Shown: positions 8,881 through 18,430, counted from the stretch's first letter. The stretch: DNA of 64,000 bases from SAR86 cluster bacterium (GCA_022447025.1 JAKUUL010000001.1:17515-81514), one strand, 5' to 3'. Numbers and translations are program-made. The notes: generated by a model not told the origin, from the letters alone.

Positions 8881-9160
8881 CTCCTTCAACTAGAACCACG
8901 AGCCTGTCGGCTGCTTTTTCCTGGACTTTGTAAGCGGCTTGATAATCTTCAGATTGGTAACAAGCTTTAGCTTGTTCTAGCGTATTGAATTCAACCAGAA
9001 CTGTCCTTTCATACCCCTCACCTTCAACTTCTACTTGCTCCCCTCCTCTAACTAGAAACCTGCCCCCATATTTTTCTATTGCGGGACCAGCTAACTCGAT
9101 ATATTTACCATACACTTCGGTATCTTTTACATGACACCGAACCATCCAATAAGCACTCAT
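8873..9160 (-). CDS. DUF1330-family protein (second, divergent paralog)
   Basis: 95 aa. VLVEFNTLEQAKACYQSEDYQ parallels VLIEFPSKEEALAWYESEEYQ of ORF 1129-1419. Its 3' end overlaps the convergent SDR gene by 8 nt. Confidence 0.65.
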   Translation of the reverse strand: MSAYWMVRCHVKDTEVYGKYIELAGPAIEKYGGRFLVRGGEQVEVEGEGYERTVLVEFNTLEQAKACYQSEDYQAAYKVQEKAADRLVVLVEGVN

Positions 9161-9167
9161 AGAAAAT

Positions 9168-10412
9168 TTAATTAACCCTTTTCTTTAATGTAAGTTTGCT
9201 TGTAACTTTTGGGGCTTCAAGAGCATTCAGGACTTCAAAATCTAACTCCAACAAGTTTAGCCTGGTAATCGTCTTAACCCCAAGATACTTAGTACCTTGA
9301 GCTGGAACTTCGACTAAATCCTCGCTGTTAGTAAAAGTGAAGTCGGATTTATTCTTTAAAAGAAACACGACATCTGAATTATTTTTTATGTTTACGCCTA
9401 AGATTTGGGTCCTGTTATTGTAGCTTGCAGATTCTATCGATAGGCTAGCTTTTAAAAGGGGTTGCATATTCCTTTTAAGTCCAAACAATGTGTTTTTAAA
9501 CCAAATTACTGTTCGTCTGTCTTTTAATGCATCCTTAACTGAATCCTCTCTCTTAGAATTAGCAAAGACTAAAGTCACCGGTCTGTGTCCTCCTAAATGA
9601 GGTTTATAATCCCAATCTATCAAGTTGTGTACATCTGAAGTTCCAATAACAGCCAAATTGTTATCTATCGCAATCTGAAAAGCTTCTTCAGAATAGCCTT
9701 CTCCATTAACTACTTCAATCCCATGTAAGAGCCCTTTTTCAATTAGGTCTTTATGCATTGGCATAAGTTCTGCAATACCATCAGATTTCTGAGAACCCCA
9801 CATAGGGTGATTCCAAAATACGAAAGCATCTTGATCATTAGCAGCTTGAATGGCTTCTTCTGGAGGCCACATTGAAGCTAAGGCAAAAAAGTCTACAACT
9901 TTACGGTCTCGACCTCTCATTTCATCAAGTCTTTTTGCTAATTCCGCTTGGGCTTCCTCTTCTTTACTAGGGTCTACTTTAACTAATTTATTAGCGTCCT
10001 TTATAAATACGGCATTGATATGCCCAGGAGGCATATTTCGAGTAATCTCAGATCCGTTGATAACTAAAATATCACTGTTACCTGCTGCAGCCTTAGCTTC
10101 AATAAATGACTTATTTCGATCTGGATTAGGTATGTCTGCTCTGTGTGGCTGATATTCTAGATGTTCTGTTACAGCTAAAACGTCAACACCATCACGTAAA
10201 GCTTCGCCTACTCTAATATTGGGCCAAACATGGCCATCCGAAAATACAGAATGGGTGTGTAAGTCAGTTACTAAAGTTTTGTATTGTTTAGTATCAGGAA
10301 AGTTGATAGCACGATTACTTGTTTCATCATTTGGGATAGACCCCGCTGAACCGTGTGAATAAGTATTTAAACTAAAAAAGAGAACAAGAAGAATGGTTAA
10401 TAAGTTGGTCAT
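9168..10412 (-). CDS. secreted PHP-domain metallophosphoesterase (Sb-PDE-like phosphodiesterase)
   Basis: Signal peptide MTNLLTILLVLFFSLNTYSHG. PHP motifs DLHTHSVFSDGH and LAVTEHLEY. Extra C-terminal beta-rich domain. Confidence 0.6.
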   Translation of the reverse strand: MTNLLTILLVLFFSLNTYSHGSAGSIPNDETSNRAINFPDTKQYKTLVTDLHTHSVFSDGHVWPNIRVGEALRDGVDVLAVTEHLEYQPHRADIPNPDRNKSFIEAKAAAGNSDILVINGSEITRNMPPGHINAVFIKDANKLVKVDPSKEEEAQAELAKRLDEMRGRDRKVVDFFALASMWPPEEAIQAANDQDAFVFWNHPMWGSQKSDGIAELMPMHKDLIEKGLLHGIEVVNGEGYSEEAFQIAIDNNLAVIGTSDVHNLIDWDYKPHLGGHRPVTLVFANSKREDSVKDALKDRRTVIWFKNTLFGLKRNMQPLLKASLSIESASYNNRTQILGVNIKNNSDVVFLLKNKSDFTFTNSEDLVEVPAQGTKYLGVKTITRLNLLELDFEVLNALEAPKVTSKLTLKKRVN

Positions 10413-10493
10413 ACTGGTTTTAGAATTTGTAAATAAAAATATAGTATATCAGTGTGAATTCTTGGTTGCTTAATAGCAACTTCTGCTTTCACC

Positions 10494-11396
10494 TTAGTAG
10501 ATTACCCAAAGAGAAGTGGGGATTACAATAGCCCAAATTAAGACCGCAAGGGTTAGAGGTTTTACAGTAATTTCTTGAATAGCAGATTTATCAATCTGGG
10601 TACCGATGCAAAAAAGACCTGTTAACAAACAAATTTTATTAATATTTTTCAATACAAGATTAATTTCTTCAGGAGGATTTAATAAAGAATTTAAAGCCAC
10701 TGCTAACAGGAAAAATACAATGAAGAGAGGTAAACCCAGCCCATTCCTTTTTTCTCTAAAATACCAGGCTGAGAATAAAACCAAAGGAACGATCCACAAG
10801 GTTCTACCTAGTTTTAGGGTTGCTGCTACCTCTACAGACCTCTCTCCTAATACAGAAGCTGCTCCTATCACTGAAGCCGTGTCATGAATAGCTAGAGCTA
10901 CCCAAGAACCAAACTGTTCTTCGGTTAATCCAAACCATGCACCTAGTAGAGGGAAAATAATTACTGCCAGGCCATTTAAGATAAAAATTATTGATAGAGC
11001 GGGGAGTAATTCTTCAGGCTTAGCTTTGATGACAGGGGCCACTGAAGCCATTGCTGTTCCTCCACATATTGCTGTTCCGGAAGCTAGTAAATAAGACTGT
11101 CTTTTAGTTACCCCAATCAACTTTCCTAAAAGGATAACTAATAAAAAAGTACCCAAAACAAAACCAGAAACCCAAGGTAAATAGTCCTTACTTATTGTAG
11201 CTACTTGAGAAACACTGATACTGCCTCCCAGAAATACGATACCTGTCTGCAATATTTTAGTTCCATACTTCTTAGTAAAAAAATCTTTGGGGATAAAAAT
11301 TACATAAGTTAGTGCTATTCCTAAAATGAGTGCTATGGCGGCGTGATTTAACCAAAGAGCCGCCGCTAAAAAAATTAAAGTTAGTACATAAGGCAT
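10494..11396 (-). CDS. YeiH/UPF0324-family membrane protein (annotated in databases as putative sulfate exporter family)
   Basis: 300 aa, polytopic. Family-like motif SGTAICGGTAMASVAP. Confidence 0.6.
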   Translation of the reverse strand: MPYVLTLIFLAAALWLNHAAIALILGIALTYVIFIPKDFFTKKYGTKILQTGIVFLGGSISVSQVATISKDYLPWVSGFVLGTFLLVILLGKLIGVTKRQSYLLASGTAICGGTAMASVAPVIKAKPEELLPALSIIFILNGLAVIIFPLLGAWFGLTEEQFGSWVALAIHDTASVIGAASVLGERSVEVAATLKLGRTLWIVPLVLFSAWYFREKRNGLGLPLFIVFFLLAVALNSLLNPPEEINLVLKNINKICLLTGLFCIGTQIDKSAIQEITVKPLTLAVLIWAIVIPTSLWVIY

Positions 11397-11402
11397 TTTA
11401 TT

Positions 11403-11479
11403 TGGTGGGCCCTCCAGGACTCGAACCTGGGACCAATGGATTATGAGTCCACTGCTCTAACCAACTGAGCTAAGGGCCC
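11403..11479 (-). tRNA. ileX: tRNA with CAU anticodon; probably tRNA-Ile2 (lysidine-modified, ileX-like) rather than elongator tRNA-Met
   Basis: Reverse complement GGGCCCTTAGCTCAGTTGGTTAGAGCAGTGGACTCATAATCCATTGGTCCCAGGTTCGAGTCCTGGAGGGCCCACCA folds into a full cloverleaf (7-bp acceptor, GCTC/GAGC D stem, CCAGG/CCTGG T stem, encoded CCA). It is very similar to the E. coli ileX sequence as I recall it, and it sits downstream of rpoD as ileX does in E. coli. Confidence 0.9.
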
Positions 11480-11520
11480 TTGAGTTAATTTAACTACGGT
11501 CAACTAGTAACTGCAACGAG

Positions 11521-13383
11521 TTAATCGTCAAGAAAACCTCTTAAATGAGAAGAACGAGTTGGATGTCTTAACTTTCTCAATGCTTTGGCTTCAATCTGAC
11601 GAATCCGTTCACGTGTAACATCAAACTGTTTGCCCACTTCTTCGAGCGTGTGGTCAGTGTTCATGCCTATACCAAATCTCATTCTTAGAACTTTTGCTTC
11701 TCGAGCCGTCAAGCTGCCTAAAATATCATCGGTGGCTTCAGTTAAGTTATCTTCCGTAGCTGCTTCATCAGGGGAAGCAATCGCTGTGTCTTCAATGAAA
11801 TCTCCTAAGGTCGTGTCTTCTTCATCTCCTATTGGGGTCTCAGTAGAGATAGGTTCCTTGGCAATCTTAAGTACTCTACGTATCTTGTCTTCCGGGAGCT
11901 CCATCCGTTCACCGAGCTCTTCAGGAGTGGGCTCTCTGCCCATTTCTTGAACCATCTGACGAGAAACTCTATTGAGTTTATTGATGGTTTCAATCATATG
12001 TACTGGGATACGGATGGTCCTAGCCTGATCCGCAATCGATCGAGTAATTGCCTGTCTGATCCACCAAGTAGCGTAAGTGGAGAACTTGTAGCCTCTTCTG
12101 TACTCAAATTTATCCACTGCTTTCATTAATCCAATATTGCCTTCCTGTATTAAATCCAAAAATTGTAGGCCCCGGTTGGTGTATTTCTTAGCTATCGAAA
12201 TAACTAACCTTAAATTGGCTTCAACCATATCTTTCTTTGCCCTTCTTATTTTGGCTTCACCAATAGACATTCTTCGATTGATGTCTTTTATGCGAGGAAT
12301 ATCCAAACCAATTATTTTTTCTAACTTGGCTAATTTATTATGTTGTCTTGTAACCTCATCGATATTTTCTTTAATTACCTTAGCCCAAGGTTTTCTCATT
12401 TTAGATATTTTTATACCCCAATCAGGATTAGCTTCGTTTCCAGGGTAGCTTTGTATAAATTCCTTTCTGGGCATCTTTGCTACTTTCACAAAGATTCTGT
12501 AAACCTCTTTCTCACTATCCCTTATGATTCCTAAAGCATCCCGTGCTGGGCTAGCTATCTTTTCAAATTGAGTTGGAGCCAGTTTAATGAACTTAAATAC
12601 CTCAGCCAGCTTTTGTTGTTCTTGAAGCGCTTTTTTAGTTGTCCTAGATTTTGAACAAGCCTTCTCTACTTTATTGAACTGCCTTTTAAGGGAATTAAAA
12701 CGTTTTTTTACTTCTACAGGGTCTGGGCCAGTAGGCTGCTCGTCATCATCTTCGCCTTTCTCTTTCCTTTGTGCAGCTTGAACAATCGCAGGTGGCGGTA
12801 TTTCATCATCTATGTCCATAAAACCAACCATTACCTCAGTCAGCCTTTTTTCTTCTTTTAATACTTCCTGGTAGTCATCCAAAATCTTATCGACGATACC
12901 TGGATAGAAACAACAGGCTGACAATAATTCCCGGTAGCCTTCTTCTATGCGTTTGGCTATGGCGATCTCTCCTTCTCTCGTAAGTAGATCCACAGTACCC
13001 ATCTCTCTCATGTAGAGTCTGACCGGATCAGTTGTCCTTCCTATTTCTGATTCAACAGTGGTTAGAGTGGTTCTAGTATCTGGCACTGTTTCAGGAGCCG
13101 CCCCTTCATCTGTTTCACCTTGTGTTTTTTCTTGAACTTCTACTCCTATATCAATCAACATCTGTATGGTTTCTTCAACCTGATCAGGGTCAGAGATGTC
13201 TTCTGGTAACATCGCGTTTATTTCTTCATAGGTAAGAAAGCCTTGTTCCTTACCCTTATCGACGAGTTCTCTTAAACCAGAGTTCTCGAGATCTTCCTCG
13301 CTAAATATTGCGACTTCTTGCTCTTCGGAGGGTTCTTCGACTTCTAGCTCGACTTCTTTTTTGGATTTTTTTGCCATACTCAA
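11521..13383 (-). CDS. rpoD: RNA polymerase sigma-70 factor RpoD
   Basis: 620 aa. Acidic N-terminus, region 2 [12 protein letters not shown], region 4.2 [30 protein letters not shown]. Confidence 0.98.
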   Translation of the reverse strand: MSMAKKSKKEVELEVEEPSEEQEVAIFSEEDLENSGLRELVDKGKEQGFLTYEEINAMLPEDISDPDQVEETIQMLIDIGVEVQEKTQGETDEGAAPETVPDTRTTLTTVESEIGRTTDPVRLYMREMGTVDLLTREGEIAIAKRIEEGYRELLSACCFYPGIVDKILDDYQEVLKEEKRLTEVMVGFMDIDDEIPPPAIVQAAQRKEKGEDDDEQPTGPDPVEVKKRFNSLKRQFNKVEKACSKSRTTKKALQEQQKLAEVFKFIKLAPTQFEKIASPARDALGIIRDSEKEVYRIFVKVAKMPRKEFIQSYPGNEANPDWGIKISKMRKPWAKVIKENIDEVTRQHNKLAKLEKIIGLDIPRIKDINRRMSIGEAKIRRAKKDMVEANLRLVISIAKKYTNRGLQFLDLIQEGNIGLMKAVDKFEYRRGYKFSTYATWWIRQAITRSIADQARTIRIPVHMIETINKLNRVSRQMVQEMGREPTPEELGERMELPEDKIRRVLKIAKEPISTETPIGDEEDTTLGDFIEDTAIASPDEAATEDNLTEATDDILGSLTAREAKVLRMRFGIGMNTDHTLEEVGKQFDVTRERIRQIEAKALRKLRHPTRSSHLRGFLDD

Positions 13384-13399
13384 TTAAAAAGGGTGGGGA

Positions 13400-13429
13400 A
13401 TTATAGTGTTTTTACAGCCCAAATCCCAA
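13400..13429 (-). promoter_or_regulatory. candidate sigma-70 promoter for rpoD in the dnaG-rpoD spacer (TTGGGA-N18-TATAAT)
   Basis: Minus strand reads TTGGGAtttgggctgtaaaaacacTATAAT, ending about 17 nt before the rpoD ATG. Perfect -10, weak -35, long spacer. Confidence 0.3.
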
Positions 13430-13464
13430 TATTGATACTAATTTTTATTTTTCAATTGGTTAGA

Positions 13465-15285
13465 TTAATTTTGACTTAACTGCCTTAATAATACTTTGTC
13501 TTCTTCATCTAACTTATCTAAGTTAGATAATAGATGTTGTTGTAGTTCAAAAGTTTCATCTTCTGTTAACTTTTCTTTAGTTTGCTGTTCCTTTAATTCT
13601 TGGATTCTTACTATTGGATTGGACTTCTTCATAGCCTCTAAGCAGTCATGAAAATAAGCCACTGAGTTCTTTTCTTCTAGGAGAGGAGTTCCTGATAACA
13701 AACTCCCAATAAAAGAAGCTGAATCGGTGTCTAGTGAACTTAATAGATCAGCAACCTGACCATTCGGAGAATTCTTAAAATACTCAATAACCTGTAATAA
13801 CAAATGTGCTTCAGGTCTAGAAAGATCTTTTATCCACTCAGTAGAATCTACTTCAGAAATAAGTTCTGGATACGTTACTACTGAAGCCAAGGCTTTGGCT
13901 ATGATCCCACTTGGCTCAAAGGGTTTCTCTTCTTTGTCTTTTTGGGCAGGTGAAATAAATTTAGTCTGCTTCTTCTTTCTTGTCGCTACTGACTGGGAAT
14001 TCTCCTGAATATCCTTTTTACTTAAACCAGTTGCATTCGAAACCTCAGCCTCTAATAATTTCTTTATAGAGCTTTCTGGCATGGACCTTAATAGTTCAGT
14101 TGCTTTAGAAGCCAAGGAAGCTTTTTTTTCTAAAGACCCAGTACCAATAGCTAAGGTTAATCTTTCTATAAAATATTCTGACAATAGTAAGGATTTTTCA
14201 AGCCTGCTTTCGAAGTCTTCCTTACTTTCTTTTTCCAATAAGCTTGCCGGATCTTCACCTTCAGGCAGAAAAAGGAATTTTATCTCTGCTCCATCATTAA
14301 CTACTGGCAGAACATTCTTTAGAGCTCCCCAGGCTGCTCCTCGCCCTGCATCATCTCCGTCAAAACAAAAAATAACTTCATTAACTAACTGAAGCAGAAC
14401 TTGTGTATGAAATCGATTAGTAGCTATACCTAAGGTGGCAACAGAATTATTTATACCGTTCTCAGACATTGCGATAACATCCATATAGCCTTCAACTACA
14501 TAAATTCTTGTTAAGTTCTTTCTATCCTCTAAGGCTTCATGGAGGCCATAAAGTTCTTTGCCTTTTTGAAAGACTGGAGTATCGCCAGTGTTTAAATACT
14601 TAGGTTGGTCTTCTGGGTTCATTACCCTACCTCCAAAGCCTACCACCCTTCCCTTTCTATCTTTTATAGGAAACATCAATCGATCTCTAAATAAATCATA
14701 GGGCTCTTTGTCTTTATTCTTTTTAGATAGACCTGCTCTTATTTGAAGCTCTTCTGAAAAACCTTTACTAGATAAATAAGAAGACAAAGCATTCCAAGAT
14801 TTAGGAGCGAACCCAACACTAAATCTTTTACAAGTAGTACCCGAAATATGCCTGTTGTCCTTAATATAGCTCTGAACCTTTTTTGCTATTGATGAATCTG
14901 CCAGAGAATCTTCAAAGAAACTGGAGGCACTAGCTAAAACTTTGAATAAAGGTTCTCTGTCTTCTTGTGTCCTTGAAGACTTTTCATAGGGAACTTCTAA
15001 GGCTGCACGAGAAGCTAAAGCTTCTACTGATTCTACAAACCCTAAACCTTCAAAGGATTCTAGAAAACCAATGACATTGCCTGTAGCCCTGCATTTAAAA
15101 CAATAATAAAACTGCTTCTGCGAACTAACGCTGAAAGAAGGGTTACTGCCATCATCACAAAACGGACAGAGGCCCCAGTGATCCTTTCCTTTCTTTTTTA
15201 ATGGGACATAACTATCCACCAAAGTGACTATGTCTGTCATGTCTACAATTTCTCTAATGAAAGCTGGTGGTATGGATCCAGGCAT
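13465..15285 (-). CDS. dnaG: DNA primase DnaG
   Basis: 606 aa. Zinc finger CPFCDDGSNPSFSVS..YYCFKC, TOPRIM VVEGYMDVIA and FDGDDAG. ATG directly abuts the ruvX stop (TAAATG). Confidence 0.97.
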   Translation of the reverse strand: MPGSIPPAFIREIVDMTDIVTLVDSYVPLKKKGKDHWGLCPFCDDGSNPSFSVSSQKQFYYCFKCRATGNVIGFLESFEGLGFVESVEALASRAALEVPYEKSSRTQEDREPLFKVLASASSFFEDSLADSSIAKKVQSYIKDNRHISGTTCKRFSVGFAPKSWNALSSYLSSKGFSEELQIRAGLSKKNKDKEPYDLFRDRLMFPIKDRKGRVVGFGGRVMNPEDQPKYLNTGDTPVFQKGKELYGLHEALEDRKNLTRIYVVEGYMDVIAMSENGINNSVATLGIATNRFHTQVLLQLVNEVIFCFDGDDAGRGAAWGALKNVLPVVNDGAEIKFLFLPEGEDPASLLEKESKEDFESRLEKSLLLSEYFIERLTLAIGTGSLEKKASLASKATELLRSMPESSIKKLLEAEVSNATGLSKKDIQENSQSVATRKKKQTKFISPAQKDKEEKPFEPSGIIAKALASVVTYPELISEVDSTEWIKDLSRPEAHLLLQVIEYFKNSPNGQVADLLSSLDTDSASFIGSLLSGTPLLEEKNSVAYFHDCLEAMKKSNPIVRIQELKEQQTKEKLTEDETFELQQHLLSNLDKLDEEDKVLLRQLSQN

Positions 15286-15711
15286 TTATCTATTCTCTGA
15301 AAACCAGTTTTCTAAAATGATCTGCGCAGCAATTTGATGAGTGTCTCTGCCTGAAGATGCAGAGTTATCTTCTTCAGCTTTTAATCTATCTTTAGCTTCT
15401 CTAGTGGTAAGTCTTTCATCCATTAATTCAACAGGAATGTTATACCTTTTATTTATTAAATTAGAAAATTTATCACTCTTTTTTTTTATTTCACTATCAG
15501 ATCCATCCATATTTAAGGGGTTGCCTACTACAAGGAGTTTGGGGTTCCATTCTTTCACAAGAGGATCTAATTTACTCCAATCTGGTTCTCCATTTTTTGC
15601 TTCAAGGGAAAAGAAGGTCTCGGCAGTATTTGTAATTTCTTGTCCTATTGCCACGCCAATGTGTTTCAAACCAAAATCAAAAGCCAATATTACTTTGGAA
15701 TCCAAATTCAT
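15286..15711 (-). CDS. ruvX: Holliday-junction resolvase-like / pre-16S rRNA nuclease RuvX (YqgF)
   Basis: 141 aa. ILAFDFGLKHIGVAIG N-terminal RNase H-like motif. Start overlaps the gshB stop (TAATG). Confidence 0.9.
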   Translation of the reverse strand: MNLDSKVILAFDFGLKHIGVAIGQEITNTAETFFSLEAKNGEPDWSKLDPLVKEWNPKLLVVGNPLNMDGSDSEIKKKSDKFSNLINKRYNIPVELMDERLTTREAKDRLKAEEDNSASSGRDTHQIAAQIILENWFSENR

Positions 15712-16652
15712 TAAGTTAACTTTGTTTCTAAGCAGTCTAAAAAGTCAGAGGCAACATCAATGTCACAGAGGCTTTTATATTCTCTAAAGCAGGTAGGGCT
15801 GGTTACATTAACCTCAGTTAAATAATCCCCTATAACATCCAACCCCACCAGGGAGAGGCCCAGTTCTTTAAGGCGAGGCCCCACTTGATCACAAATCCAT
15901 TTATCTTGGGTAGTTAACGATTTTGCTACAGCGGAGGCACCAGCAGCTAGATTCCCTCTCAACTCACCTTCGGCTGGAATCCTGGCAATGGCACCTTCCA
16001 TCGGCACTCCGTCTATAAGTAATATTCTTTTATCTCCTTCAACAATTTCAGGAATGTATTTTTGGATCATAACTTTTGTATCACCATTTTTAGTGATGTT
16101 TTCTAGTATTACCGCTATGTTGGGATCCAAACTTCTAACTCTAAAAATGGAAGATCCTCCCATTCCATCGAGCGGTTTAACAACCGTATCAAGATGCTCT
16201 TTAATGAATTCTTTTAATAAACTTTGGTTACTTGTTACTAAAAATGGCGTACAACACTGAGGAAATTCGGTAGCAAAAACTTTTTCATTACAATCCCTTA
16301 GACTCTGAGGTTTATTGACCACTATAACTTCTTCCCTTTCAGCAGCCTCCAAGACATAAGTGTTATAAATATAATTGGCATCAAATGGAGGATCTTGCCT
16401 CATAACTATCATGTCTAGATCTGATAAACGCATTTCAGAAGTATCTGAAAGTTCAAACCAGTTCTCAGAATCATCTCTTACTTTTATTTCTTGGGTTAAA
16501 GCGTAAGCACCATCCTCTCTTAAAAATAGAGAGCTAGGTTCCATGTAGATAAGATCGTGTTTTCTAGATTGAGCTTCTATAAGAATAGATAAAGTGCTGT
16601 CCTTTTTAAAATTTATGGAACCAATAGGATCCATCACTACACCAAATTTCAT
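15711..16652 (-). CDS. gshB: glutathione synthetase (ATP-grasp)
   Basis: 313 aa. Prokaryotic GshB layout, ATP-grasp C-terminal half (KPLDGMGGSSIFR, RILLIDG). Confidence 0.93.
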   Translation of the reverse strand: MKFGVVMDPIGSINFKKDSTLSILIEAQSRKHDLIYMEPSSLFLREDGAYALTQEIKVRDDSENWFELSDTSEMRLSDLDMIVMRQDPPFDANYIYNTYVLEAAEREEVIVVNKPQSLRDCNEKVFATEFPQCCTPFLVTSNQSLLKEFIKEHLDTVVKPLDGMGGSSIFRVRSLDPNIAVILENITKNGDTKVMIQKYIPEIVEGDKRILLIDGVPMEGAIARIPAEGELRGNLAAGASAVAKSLTTQDKWICDQVGPRLKELGLSLVGLDVIGDYLTEVNVTSPTCFREYKSLCDIDVASDFLDCLETKLT

Positions 16653-16691
16653 ATAACTCCCGTAAACATACTAATCTTACTTTAACCCGAA

Positions 16692-17420
16692 CTAAAACTC
16701 TTTACACATTGTCCTAATCGCACTGATTGCCGATATGACAGCTGTGTCTGCTCTTAAAATTCTTTCTCCTAATTGGACTGGTAAGAAATCTTGTTCTTTA
16801 AGTAAGGCCACTTCATTGTCAGTAAAATCACCTTCTGGTCCTACAGCTATTGCCACCGATTCATCAAATTTTAAAGATGACAATTTTGTTTTTGAGTTGG
16901 GATAAAGAACGATTTTATTTTTAGCGTTGACTGTCTCAATCCATTCTTTCAATGTCTGTATTTTGTTAATCTCAGGTAACCAGTTCTCACCACATTGTTG
17001 GCAGGCATGTTTAGCTATTGATTCCCACCGTTCTTTTCTTGATTGAATTTTGTCGGGATTCAGTTTTACTACTGTTCTCTCGGTGTAAAGGGGAGAAATA
17101 GAACTGACTCCCAATTCTGTCGCTTTTTGAATTGAATGACTAAAAGGTTCTGATTTAATCAACGACTGCCCTAAATCAATCTTGATCCCCTTCCTCTCTG
17201 AAGAAGATTCAACCTTAATCAATTTAACTTTGACCAGTTTTTTTTCTAGGGAAACTATTTCAGCAATAAATGATGAACCCCTACCATCAAACAGTTCAAC
17301 TAGAGAACCCTCCTTCTTCCTCAAAACTTGAGTCAAGTGATTGGAGGGCTCTTGGTCCAATGTTAGGCTCTGACTTATCTTTAACTTCTGACCAGAATAT
17401 ATTCTTGTATAGTTCATCAT
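16692..17420 (-). CDS. rsmE: 16S rRNA (uracil1498-N3)-methyltransferase RsmE
   Basis: ORF track gives 16692-17498. I prefer the internal start MMNYTRIYSG (RsmE proteins start M-x-x-x-R-I/F-Y), which removes a 23-nt overlap with the divergent gene. C-terminal SPOUT knot GPEGDFT..LGERILRADTA. Confidence 0.85.
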   Translation of the reverse strand: MMNYTRIYSGQKLKISQSLTLDQEPSNHLTQVLRKKEGSLVELFDGRGSSFIAEIVSLEKKLVKVKLIKVESSSERKGIKIDLGQSLIKSEPFSHSIQKATELGVSSISPLYTERTVVKLNPDKIQSRKERWESIAKHACQQCGENWLPEINKIQTLKEWIETVNAKNKIVLYPNSKTKLSSLKFDESVAIAVGPEGDFTDNEVALLKEQDFLPVQLGERILRADTAVISAISAIRTMCKEF

Positions 17421-17475
17421 TACAGTAAAACTTGCAGCGGGTATTATTACACTGATCTTATAAAGGAAGTTATGT

Positions 17476-18045
17476 ATGACAAACAATAAACCAGTCACTA
17501 TTTATTTAATTCGACATGGAGAAGCCAATGCAGCTTGGGATGAAGACCCCGATCCAGGACTCAGCGAAAAAGGGAAACTTCAATCTGAAGAACTAAAAAA
17601 AGAACTAACTCAGGACCTTTCTTCAAGCTTCGAAGCTATATCTAGCCCGCTCTTAAGGGCACAAGAAACTGCTAAGCCCTTAAAAGAAACATTAGGGTTT
17701 GATTTAAACATTAATGATACTTTTGCAGAAATCCCTTCTCCAGGTATACCTTTATCTGAAAGGAGAAACTGGTTAAGGGGGATCTTTAATGCAAAAGTTA
17801 AAGAACTAGAAGAACCTCAGTTATTCTGGAGGAATTCTATTATTGAATCGTTAAAAGTACTTCAAAAGGATACGATTATCTTTAGTCACTTCATGGTTAT
17901 AAATTGTGTGGTTGGTTGGATTAAAAATTCTGAAAAATTTGTTTCTTTTCATCCTGATAATTGTTCTGTTACAAAAATTAGAAGAGAAAAAGATGAATTT
18001 GAAATTCTAAGCATCGGAAGAGATTTCACTACCACTGTTCAATAA
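17476..18045 (+). CDS. histidine phosphatase family protein (phosphoglycerate-mutase-like branch)
   Basis: 189 aa. Catalytic RHGE in YLIRHGEANA, second His in IIFSHFMVIN. Confidence 0.8.
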   Translation: MTNNKPVTIYLIRHGEANAAWDEDPDPGLSEKGKLQSEELKKELTQDLSSSFEAISSPLLRAQETAKPLKETLGFDLNINDTFAEIPSPGIPLSERRNWLRGIFNAKVKELEEPQLFWRNSIIESLKVLQKDTIIFSHFMVINCVVGWIKNSEKFVSFHPDNCSVTKIRREKDEFEILSIGRDFTTTVQ

Positions 18046-18077
18046 AAAAATAAAGCTTTCTTGGTGAATTATTTTTC

Positions 18078-18105
18078 TTGAAAGTCGTGTACAGGTGAGT
18101 ATGAT
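18078..18105 (+). promoter_or_regulatory. candidate sigma-70 promoter of fis (TTGAAA-N16-TATGAT)
   Basis: ttcTTGAAAgtcgtgtacaggtgagTATGATt, about 47 nt upstream of the fis ATG. Confidence 0.4.
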
Positions 18106-18152
18106 TTATCTCCCATTTAATTAAAACTGTACTGACCAAAATTTAGACTCGC

Positions 18153-18416
18153 ATGGCTCCCAAAAAAAAGAAAAAATTTAACGGCGAAGGAAAAAGACTA
18201 AGCGTTCAAGTTGCCAAGAGCATGCAAAAATACTTTAGAGAGCTGGACGGTGAGAAAGCAACCAACATTTATCACATGGTTCTTAAAGAGGTAGAACAAC
18301 CATTGTTAGAAACTGTTATGAAAGAGTGCAATGGTAATCAAACTTTAGCTAGCCAAGTTCTCGGTCTAAACAGAGGGACGCTGCGTACCAAATTAAAAGA
18401 TTACAATTTAATTTAG
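18153..18416 (+). CDS. fis: Fis-family nucleoid-associated DNA-binding protein, short N-terminus
   Basis: 87 aa. C-terminal HTH GNQTLASQVLGLNRGTLRTKLKDYNL closely parallels E. coli Fis [27 protein letters not shown]. Followed by purH-purD as in Pseudomonas. Confidence 0.9.
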   Translation: MAPKKKKKFNGEGKRLSVQVAKSMQKYFRELDGEKATNIYHMVLKEVEQPLLETVMKECNGNQTLASQVLGLNRGTLRTKLKDYNLI

Positions 18417-18430
18417 GCATATCAGTCTAA

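Noticed and set aside
10465-10480. Hairpin GTTGCT-taat-AGCAAC between the YeiH-like and phosphodiesterase genes, considered as a terminator
   Set aside because: It is only a 6-bp stem and no U-tract follows on the transcribed (minus) strand. It is more likely fortuitous, or at most a weak pause site.
11630-12534. Series of 60-106-aa plus-strand ORFs inside rpoD; similar ones lie inside dnaG (14081-14392), ruvX/gshB (15341-16260), trpD/trpE, hppA (55184-56662), the DAACS gene (57252-58382), spoT and recG
   Set aside because: These are antisense shadow ORFs within well-supported conserved genes. They are Ser/Leu/Pro-rich, have no motifs, and are expected from codon bias in an AT-rich genome.
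13830-13838. DnaA-box-like TTATCCACT (8/9 match)
   Set aside because: It is a single copy inside the dnaG coding region, with no cluster, no AT-rich unwinding element and no origin-associated genes.
17421-17498. N-terminal 26-aa extension of the rsmE ORF overlapping the divergent histidine-phosphatase gene
   Set aside because: The extension is hydrophobic and unlike RsmE N-termini. The internal Met gives the canonical M-x-x-x-R-I-Y start and removes the head-to-head overlap.
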